NCBI RefSeq assembly: GCF_964204645.1
Contig: NC_134034.1
Location: 3,241,814-3,305,813, forward strand
Source of the DNA: Tubulanus polymorphus
Taxonomy: Eukaryota; Animalia; Nemertea
Direction: 5' to 3'
DNA length: 64,000 nucleotides
Under the pieces are notes generated by a model. The model was not told the DNA's origin. It ran no database searches and saw nothing but the letters and a program-made list of their open reading frames with translations. Numbering within the stretch: position 1 is the stretch's first letter; every line of letters starts with the position of its first letter. The translations under genes were made by a program, and so were the position numbers. Positions 44,135-64,000 of this stretch are shown here, piece after piece.

Positions 44135-45864
44135 CTATTTTCTCGGGTCGCCGCCGCCATTTTCCAGTAATTTCGCTCTTCTGTAGATCAACAGTAAGCG
44201 TTCTATATGCGCTACCGACGACCCGAAGGCTAGTCCGATAACTAATATGAGGAATACGCCCGACATTTCAAAAAACGTCAACGGTTCGGTCTCTGACGTT
44301 TCGTCTGACCACCTGGTAGGATGGTCGCATTTAAACTGACGCGTGGTGTACCTGAAAACAACGAATGAAAACATTTAACTGTTGGTCTGACTCGCTGTAA
44401 TGTCAGAATGCTCCCACTAAATGTGGGTCAGTTAGTAATCAATTCGGGCCCAATAAAAGTTAACGCCACCTGGTGGGTTGGCTGGCTGTTCCTCTGATCG
44501 GATCAATAACGCTTGAGATGCATTTGATGTACATACACGTGGTCAGTGTTGTTGTACGTACCAAGGTTTGGGCTTTTTTTTGGGGGGGGGGGGGTGATAT
44601 GGAGTTATAGTATATGGTCTTCCACCAGACACCAGGTATATACGACCAGGGGAAAGTGTGGCAGAAATTCAAATGGTTTATATGTACGGAAATGAGTAAT
44701 ATGTTACTGGGGGCTGGCGGAGAATTATGATGTGGTATTCCTTAAAATTACAAAACCGGAGCGGAGCATTTTTCCCAATATTACTACTGACCTGTCTATT
44801 ATCTCTTTTTGATCACCCCGAGTTCTTATGCGGGCTATCAACGAGTTCATTACGTGTCTTACTAAAGAACCCTTCGGCAAAGCTAATGCGAATCGTAACC
44901 CGTAAACCTCTTTAAGTCCATATTCGATTAAATCGCATCTTTGCGCTACAGTGTACCGCGCCGTTAGCGTATCGGTGATCAGTATGAAATTCTCGTTGAC
45001 AATTCTTTCAACAGCGGTTTCTAAATCCGGCAGTACGTTACCGGTTCGGCGTATAAAGTTCCATACCATGATATCGGGATATTTCTGCGCTTTCGACAAA
45101 ACTTTCTCCACTTGGGTGTTTTTGATGACGCCGAAATTGCCCTCGCCCCTTTCGATCAATTCGTTGAGATCCTTTATCGGGTTTTCACCGGCACTCAATC
45201 TCAAGAACGCCGTCATATTGGCCGTATAGGCGGCCGATAGGGCTAGACCGAGAAACATTACAACGGTGACGAGGATCCTACTGGGAATGGCGTTTGGATT
45301 AGTGTCCGAACTTCCGCTACTGAGTCGAGCCATCGTGAAGTAGAGACTGTCCACTAAAGAGATCGTGTCGGTTGTGTAGTCTATAAACGTCAACAACGAC
45401 AGCAATATACTTATGACGAGTATCGTTGCCAGAATAACCAGCCAAAAAGTGCCGACGAACGGTTTTAGAAATTGCCAGCGATTCTTCTCAACTCTGGGCA
45501 GCTTCGATACCAGGTGCAACCACGCCGGAAAAATCGGGTCGCTGAAATCCACGGAGGTTGTCCGCTCGAAGTCGTTAGAAAATCCACCAGCTACTATCTC
45601 CCCCTAGCGGTGGAAATGCGTGCAGTATTATGATATTTTTGACAAATACAACAAAGTTTGCTTTGACGTTGGTTGAAAATTTGATTAATTGCCAGAGAAA
45701 ATACTCACAAAAATTTGAAGGCGATCCAAAATTTTCGCACTATATTTCAAATCATGATCGATGTATGCGAATTTGACTGTAGTAAACGGTCTGTACGTCT
45801 CGAGCAGGTCGTAAAAAATTCCGCTGAAATTTCCATCTTCCGATTTCATAAAGAAAGGCGGCTC
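44135..45864 (-). CDS. iGluR/IR-like ligand-binding + channel cassette, copy 2, apparently intact, no own start exon found (exons 45864-45709, 45603-44792, 44351-44135)
   Basis: EPPFFMK..GNFSGIFYDLL, ERTTSVDFSDP, FLKPF (pre-M1), PNAIPSR, AYTANMTAFL (SYTANLAAF position), ALALPKGS, M4 LTFFEMSGVFLIL; all splice sites canonical and in frame. Confidence 0.8.
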
Positions 45865-46567
45865 CTGTTCAGATATGGAATGATGAATAACCTAGTGAGT
45901 TCACATTTCATAACTCATCGTTCACCCGGTGAGGCCCGCCTAGTTTGCTTGGTCTTCCGCACTTCATTTTCGACGCCGTAAAAACCGTTACAGTAATGAA
46001 TGAAGCTTCTCTGCGTTATTGAATGGGTACTGTGCAAGTCGATGTGCACTACGTCATCAATATTGGTGTTTCAAAATAGAAATTATATGCAACATTGTGA
46101 ATTTTGGCAGTATACTAAATAAACCAGTCTAATGTCAACACTGCCGTCTTGTTTGCCTTCTATGCTCCAGCTCTCCCGTGATTACAATTTGCAAAAAAGA
46201 ATTCTTTTACTTCATTTCTCCGATCTTTTGAATTCATTTCATCACGATTTTCACTGATATATATTTTTGTCTACAGTCCTTCCGAAATATTATACTGAAC
46301 ATACCACGAACAACGAAAACGATTTCAAATTCCTCTGCTTTTCCTTGTTCCCTACCATTAAGACGACTATAAAAAGCCGCACTCCGAGTAATCAATTAAG
46401 AAAAGGCACGTGTAATGACGAATTTTCAAAGTTTATTTTGCTCCATATTTTACAAATAAAACTAGGTGGCCAGTAGACGGCCTAAAAACCAACAAAACTA
46501 AGAGTTTTTGATTAAGTCACATTTTCAAAGAAATACTTAAATGAATGTATACATATTTAATACTGTG

Positions 46568-48709
46568 TTACATCACTGCATTTTGCCAATCCTGGTCGAT
46601 CTTGACGATAAAATTCTCCAATATCGCTTCGAGATCCTTCTTAATTTCCGCTTTAACGAATTTCTCGAATTCGTCGCTCGATATCCTTCCATTTCCGTCG
46701 GTGTCGGATTCCATCAGTGTCGCTCTTACTTTTTCTCCTTGTTCTCCGATCTGACCCAGAAATGACAGGTAACATTCGACTTCTTCCGCGTCCAAATCCC
46801 CGCTTTTATCTTTGTCGAATTCTTCGAAGGTGTCCTTCCACTTTTTAACGACTTTCTCGCTGGAATAATTGTGAAATGAATAAATGAGGCGACAGTATAA
46901 TGAATTGACAGCCGATTAGTGTTTCGTAATGATAATCCGACCCCCGGGCTAAGACGACAGTAATAGGTCAAGCAACCGAAGACAGAAGACAAGTGCCTAC
47001 TTCATACAGACTAACAGAGTGAACCATTCCAAATTATAGGAACGTTAGATTATTCAAGGCCCAGGGCCCAGTTTCACGAAAATTTAACTCAATTTTTTGA
47101 TTAATTGCCATTGGTTACTTCATGTTTTCAATTAGGACAACAATTCAAACTCAACCGTTTTAAGCTTAAACTTTTCGTGAAACTGGGCCCTGGACATATC
47201 ATAAGCCCGAATCCTGACACCATGATTTGGAAATTTCCATTCAAATTTTGAAACCTCATCAAAAATATAGTTTCACGAATTTTTTTCTCGATTTGAAAAC
47301 ATTACTTAAAAGTCCAACGTATTAAGCTTACGACTATTTCAAAAAGCCGAATATCGAGCGACCTCGGTCATGTACCGGCCATATGAAAAATCAACCCAAC
47401 CAGCATATTCTTCATGACATTGGCTTAAACGAAAAATCCAAGATGGCCGGTAACGTCAGTTTTCAATGGGGACTCTACGTTCGACTGCGGCAATCGAGGA
47501 TTCTACTTGTGGTAAGCGAAGATCCTCCAGGGTCGCTAGTGTGCATTCAGACAACGACTCCCGGATTTCTTCTAAGATTCAATTAAAATCTAACCATAAT
47601 TTGTTGAATTCTTTGAATGGTGAGTTAAGTGAAGTTCACCCTATATATGAACCTAAAGATCATTCGAGATTATCAAGAAGGGGATTTGCCTGATTTCTGA
47701 TGAGGGAGGCTAAAAATCTAGATGAAAGTTCATCCAAAATGAACTAGATTTTGACAGGGTTGTTGCACCGATGCGCACGCCATCTAGTGGGATAGCTGGT
47801 GGCACCGAGTCCTCATTGTGATGGACATTTCACCTAATCCTCATATCAGGTTTTAGGTATTCATCTTGAAATGTGGGGTGTGTATCACACTAATGTGGTC
47901 CCTGGGAACGAACGACCTAGGGCGGATACCGATTAATGAAATAAACCCCATCGAGGAGACTAGAAAAAAGAGGCACATTTAGGGAAATTTTGTTTCGGAA
48001 GAACAGCTAAGGTATTTCTTGGATAAAACAGCCATTTCAAAGGGCAATAACGGGGTCCCTCTATCATTGTCAAATATTTTTTCGAATAAAGCCGAAAGTA
48101 ACCGATTACTGGGAGAATGAGTGGTCAGATTTGTAAGGTTTGACAATGTAAGTCTTAGTAAAAAAGGCAACCACAACTGAACCACTGGACCGCCCCCAGA
48201 ATCTGCCCCCGAAGTACCGCTGCCGCTGTCTCTTTTATGCATATGCACTATCGATGACATACCTGAACCAGTCGTGTACGAAGTCATTGAAATCTAACAG
48301 TGTTCTATTTTCTCTGCAGTTGTACGTATTATCCAAATGCTGAAAAAATATCACGTACAAATTCTTACAATATATCATCCGCATTTTGGATTTCTCAATG
48401 ATATCGTTTACGAAAAATCGATTTCTGAAAGATAACACCTATTCAAACACGTATTGCACGATATGTGGACAGAAAATTCGAGGCATCTTTCGAAGAGACA
48501 TTTCATATCTGAAAAGATCTTACCTTGATATATTTCATATTCGGCAGGACCCTCGACAGTTCATGTAACGAGAGCTGGCAACGTCCATGTCCGTTATACT
48601 TCTTGGTATATTGCTGCACGACTCGCAGGAAAACCTCCTTGAAACTATCGTCGATCTGAAATTTAGTAAAAATGACATCGAACAACTGAAAATATTTGAC
48701 GTAGTCCAT
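46568..48709 (-). CDS. EF-hand calcium-binding protein, copy 3, 217 aa (exons 48709-48524, 48438-48263, 46859-46568)
   Basis: Same exon phases; loops DKDKSGDLDAEE, DTDGNGRISSDE. Confidence 0.85.
47066..47189. mobile_element. Short Harbinger-like MITE in EF-hand intron 2
   Basis: TIR GGCCCAGTTTCACGAAAA...TTTTCGTGAAACTGGGCC between CAG/CTG. Confidence 0.75.
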
Positions 48710-49563
48710 TTCGATGTTTCAGTCGCTTTACTTCCCGGTGTCAATTCGCCGAATGTGCCCGCCCGGTTTAGAAGGTGCGTTTTGATCGCCGACTATAAAC
48801 TCGAGACAGGTTTAGACGCATTCCCTCTTTCGTCGTTATGTTAATCCCATTCAATCCATTCAATACACGGACGAACCACCAATGTAAATTCTTTGTCTAT
48901 TTAATGAATTCTTTTGATGATTTGACTGATAGGATCAGGGGCATTGGACGGTTACTCTTTCAATGAACTCCGGACATTTCGATTTGAACAGACATGCCGC
49001 GCATTAGATATATATGTGTATTTTGAACATGAACCTGAAAACAACGAACGAAAAGAAAATCAACGTTAATTCTCGAGATTTTAATGCGATATTTAAATGC
49101 AAAAGATATATACTAAAACTTTAAAATATTATTCGCAAAGGAATTTTTGTTGACGTTAGGAAATATAACGTTTTACGAGAGCCAGCGTAGTTTATCTATC
49201 ACGCGTGTTTTTTGTTGAACTCCGCCCACTGAGTAACCTCGTGGCGATTCAGTCCGTCTGAGTTTCCTAGACGCATAATATAATCATTTGAACCTCTGCG
49301 AATCTTTCATATTACAGTAATTCATCATAATTCATCAATAATTTTACAATAATTGATTATAAAGTAAAATTTTACAGTTGATAATATTTTATGATTTTCC
49401 AGTAATCAATTATACCTTTTGATATTACAGTAATTGATAATATCTAACAATATTACTGAGATTAAAAGTATTTCAGAATATTCAGCTTATTTTACGTCGC
49501 GCTTCGTGCAGACAAGGTTTTGCTGAACGCATTTATTATTCAACGAGGAACACATTGTGTTGA

Positions 49564-59625
<10,062 letters not shown>

Positions 59626-60089
59626 ATCTCGATCGCTAAAAACACTAAAGCGAAATGTGATGTTTATATATATGCGACACCGAGTTCGTATCCGCGAACA
59701 ATATCTTTATTTCCCGAAAGACAATAATCCCATTAGACGACACAGGCCGTGGCTTTCAGTTTTATTACTTTCCAAATGATGATTGTTTGTTTATTTCGTT
59801 TTCTAGTACGGATGACTATTTAATCGAATTGCCTAAAAACGTCGTAACAACCAGACTCGCAGATACGTGGGTAATTGTCGTAATAACGAAATTGGTAAAA
59901 GATAATTCCTCGAAAATATAAATCGCGCGATTCCGAATAAGTCAAAAAAACTTGCCAATAATGCGCGTGTTTAGATATCGGCACTCAATACACATTCTCA
60001 GATGAAGTTAGTTCTGAAGGCGATTTCACAACGTTAAGACCAATCTTAAGATTTTGACCGATTTTGGTGTATAAATGTCTATATCTTTA

Positions 60090-60488
60090 AGGTGACAGGT
60101 AAAAATTCCCCTGGGCAAAATTTCCCCCGTATTTGTTGATTTCACTCAAATGTTCAATAGAATTGACACTCGAGTTCTTACGTTCAAAAAACTTCAGGTA
60201 CATTCAAAATTCTATTGCACAACTTCCATTCTATATCAATAATTTCTGTAGATACAAAATTATTTTTCGATTGAATTCGGTCATTTAAACTACTGGCTGA
60301 TAAGAAGTGATCATGGTAAAGAAACTTAGTTCGAAAGTAACGATAAAATATCTATTTACTTATGTATGCCGAGATATTTTTGTAAAAAGATTTAGATTTG
60401 ATAGAAAAGTGAATACATGGGCCGATTTTTACCAAGGGGGATTTGCGGGGGGGGATATATTTACCTGGGGAATTTTTACCTACATCCT
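60090..60488. mobile_element. Probable MITE
   Basis: AGGTAAAAATTCCCC ... GGGGAATTTTTACCT inverted termini. Confidence 0.55.
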
Positions 60489-62475
60489 ATCTCTACGTAT
60501 AGGATATAGATGATGAAAACAGTAGCTTGACCTGCAAGCGCCTATTTATGTTATAATACGCATGTTTATTTACATAAATTGGTCAATTTTTACATCATCA
60601 ATTACCTAAAGCTACTGTTCCGTTTCTGTGTGTGTGTGCTACATATGATTAGATGATTGGTGAATGGTGAAGTATAGAGACGTAGTTGTAGGATCCTTTA
60701 TGCGCTCTTCTTGTTGTATCTGTAGGTGCAAATGTAAATATGTTGTTGATACTGTAATATTTGATTTCTGTTGCTTTTTGCCCGATAGCGATGATCGTGT
60801 AATAAGGATCATGACATATATGAAAACAGTACCTTGATCCGTATCCTGTAAAGCCTGTATAAAACAGTATATAGCCGGGTTCTACATCTAACTGTAGACT
60901 GACACCAGACTGTTGTCAGTCGTCGCGTAGCTTTGTTCACTAAAAACCAGGGCATGTATTCATTCGAAATGATTCATTCATTCGCATAATTAATGATAAA
61001 GAGGTACGGGCGAGGAAGGGAGAGGGAAGTATGAGAGAGGGAGGTATGAGAGAGGACGCGAGGGAGAGAGGCATCACGCCGAGGGAGGGACGTGAGACAT
61101 GATAACGAGCGACTAAATCGTGCTCATTCTTACCTGAGAACCGCCGATCGTCGCCTTAGCTTTTACCATATTCGTCGATAAGAATATCCGTGTATTTGAT
61201 GGGAACCGGCAACAACGGCGCCTATGTTTCGGAGGGTAAAGGGTTTCGGAATGGCGCAAACAGCTGATATAGCTAGTAAAACACGCGTGGTACTTCCAAG
61301 CGTATTCGATCAAATGAAAAACCGGTCTGTAGAGAGAAAAAACACGTTACAACACGTTTGCTCTTTTCTAAAGAAAGAATCGTCTATATCGTCTACATTT
61401 CACGGGAAAACCGAACATTCGTTCGTCGCCTTTCAAATACACTGACAACGTCACCTATCTTCGCTAAATATAAAAAAATCCAATCAAAATTTTATATATA
61501 ATAAATTCGTTTTATATAATCACTGTTCTCATTTGCTTGTATTTGTTATTGTTTTTATCGAAATGATAGAACAATAAGAATTATATTGAGTAATACTTTA
61601 AACAGTGTCCATTGTCTTATGTTTTTATGCTGCCATCTTAATATTCCAAGTTTTTATATCTGTAATTTGTAAAGTCTGTTGAGATGTCTTTTGTAACGGA
61701 CAGTAAATGAATATCATTTTCATTACTATCATTAATATGGATATTAAGAATATTCAAATTTGATTTACTGCTCGACGGCCAGTAACAATTGGGAAACGAC
61801 CGTGAGACAAAAAATAAGAAAGTGTGATAAGGTTGTTTATCAGGATGCGTGCGGGTGTGCGATACCATTTTTCAAAAAACAAAACAAAATATAAAAATGG
61901 ATTTCTGTATGCGGGATGCGCATTTTTCTTTTCTATCTTTACTGACGAACCTTTTTTTTGACGCGCGCGGAAACTGAAACTGCGAGCTATTTTCCTTGCG
62001 TGGCCCAAGCATTCATTCCACTGCGGTTTTTAACATCACTCCCGGTTTAGCGGATCCGATGAGGACGCCATATCAGCCAACCATTTCAACGATTTTCATG
62101 TTAGTGGATCGTTTTGTAAGGTGCCCGTGCAAATGTCGGATCCAGGGATTAGTCGCGCAGAAAATATTTGGAAAATCAGATGCAAAAGAAGCTCATTTTG
62201 GGTGAACATTTTGCTCCTTTTTCCAACAATATTCGTCCTCAAATCAAGTAAGTCGAACATGTGCATATTTTGAACGAAAACGAATGGATAATGATTGTAG
62301 GACAAGTAGCAATTTAGAGATTTTACAAGCACCTCCTCGTCAACATCGAATAATGATTGTAGGACGAGTGGCAATTTTAAAGAATTTACATGCGCCTGCT
62401 TAGCTTAGCGGCAACGTGTCCGCCCAAGAAATCGCGGGCGATGTAATAGACCAATGAAGGGTTTGCGGCAAGGGT

Positions 62476-63300
62476 TGTCACGAGGGTCCGTGGAAAACCC
62501 CAATAGGATATCCGATAGCAGAGAATCAACAACGGACGACAAGAATTCTTAAATTAAAACAAAACGAATTACAAATTTATTCCAACGTAACTTCTACAGT
62601 TAATTAGAATGGAGTTAGAGTTAGAGTTTGATCACACTTCTCCAGTAGTGAGCCGTGGTGGTATCCGAGTGAGACGTGACCTTGATGGGTGCACACTGAT
62701 CAACGTATGACGAGTCTCCCAGGATATTGCGAATGTTGACGACCGTCCGTTAGTAACTGAAATATCAGGCGCTCAGACGTTAACCGCACTAACTGACGTA
62801 GCTTGAGTACGGGAGGTTTCGAGACACGCACTCACTTGACGTATCTGAGTGGATATAATTCACAAACTAAAAGACAACAATTATTGTTACGACATTTATA
62901 AGGGTCATAAACCCTGCAAACCAAACGTGCGTCTCAATTGTAATGTTATTTGATTATAATACAAAGATTTATCCGAAGATAGAACAATGCAATGGTTTAT
63001 CTATTAAGCAATTTGCTTGGAATGATTATTAAGAATGAATATTAGAATAGTTTAACTTACCCCGTGAACAGCATACATGTGTTACTATACTACACCCAAT
63101 ACGGTGTCCTAACAGCTGGACGGGTTTGTCATGTCTAGTGAAACGACGCTTAAACCAAATCTTATATAGAATTGACCGCTAGGGTTGAATGGTCACATTG
63201 AGAAAGGTGCGCCGATCCCAACAAACACACAGCTAGCTATAAGCTATGCATGCATGCAGAATGCATGAATATATGAAGTTATGAATGCAAGGTCGTGACA
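62476..63300. mobile_element. Solo LTR, 825 bp
   Basis: TGTCACGA...TCGTGACA termini, 5-bp TSD AGGGT; empty site seen in the MITE copy at ~57785-57805. Confidence 0.88.
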
Positions 63301-63406
63301 AGGGTTCGTATTGGCGTGAGCTTCGGCGGGTGGCAACCAAACCGTGGCAGGCGAGCTCCTCGTAAATAATCGATGGCAAAAACAGCATTGCAGCGAACGT
63401 ACGATT

Positions 63407-64000
63407 TCAAGAGCAGCGTAACAACACTTTCATCCGTTCTTTAAATTTTATACTGAACACATAATAGAATATGCCGTTTACAGCTGAATTAATGGCTTGG
63501 AAAACGTCATTCACGAGTAATATTCGCCACAGGATGGACCATGGGGTAATACGTAATAAAGCATTGAATAGCATATCGGGAAAAACTGACACCATGAATA
63601 TGGCTGATGCGACGAATACCATTCTGTAAGCCGTTCCATCGAGTTTATTTTCTTTACTCGTATCTGCACCTCCGGTCAATTGTTTCCTATTTCTAGCGTA
63701 TATTCGTAATTTGATTATCATTATCGCATTTAAGATTGGTATAAGAGCGAACGGCAAATATGAGGAGAAAACATTCTTTATCAAAGACGTATATCTAGGG
63801 TGGCTTGTAACAGATTTTGGGCCGGGGACAGTCAGGCCGTATGTACATGGATATTTTACGTACACAACGATCCGGTCTTGCGCATGGTTTGCCTCAATCC
63901 CACTCCAAATGAGGATCCAAATGGCCGAAAAAACATAACAATGTTTCAGATTCCAATGTCGCTTTGCTTTAAGCGGAAAACAAATATGAACCGTTCGGTC
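63407..64000 (-). CDS. Class-A GPCR, 3' part (5' end outside window)
   Basis: Open frame from 64000: DRTVHICFP (DRY position), TM5 YLPF..LN, TM6 FP, TM7 INSAVNGIFY. Confidence 0.88.
   Translation of the reverse strand, partial: DRTVHICFPLKAKRHWNLKHCYVFSAIWILIWSGIEANHAQDRIVVYVKYPCTYGLTVPGPKSVTSHPRYTSLIKNVFSSYLPFALIPILNAIMIIKLRIYARNRKQLTGGADTSKENKLDGTAYRMVFVASAIFMVSVFPDMLFNALLRITPWSILWRILLVNDVFQAINSAVNGIFYYVFSIKFKERMKVLLRCS

Overview
Eukaryotic (animal, probably invertebrate) genomic DNA: spliceosomal GT-AG introns, many MITEs, a SINE, LINEs, a DIRS remnant and a solo LTR. Genes supported by the sequence are: five intronless class-A GPCRs (three close paralogs, one with a single in-frame TAG, one running off the right edge); a 2-exon gene for a small secreted 8-Cys peptide; and a 4-exon cyclophilin A. 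The main locus is on the minus strand (~31.6-59.6 kb). There, one set of signal-peptide/amino-terminal-domain exons of a divergent ionotropic glutamate-type receptor is followed by THREE tandem copies of a ~5.3-5.8 kb cassette. Each cassette carries the receptor's ligand-binding/channel exons plus a complete 3-exon EF-hand gene. The EF-hand copies are all intact and diverge much faster in parts of their exons than in their introns. The receptor cassettes differ in fate: one destroyed by a deletion and a LINE, one apparently intact but ATD-less, one with a broken last splice acceptor. Exon structures were assembled by eye from splice signals, phase and family motifs, without database or RNA support.
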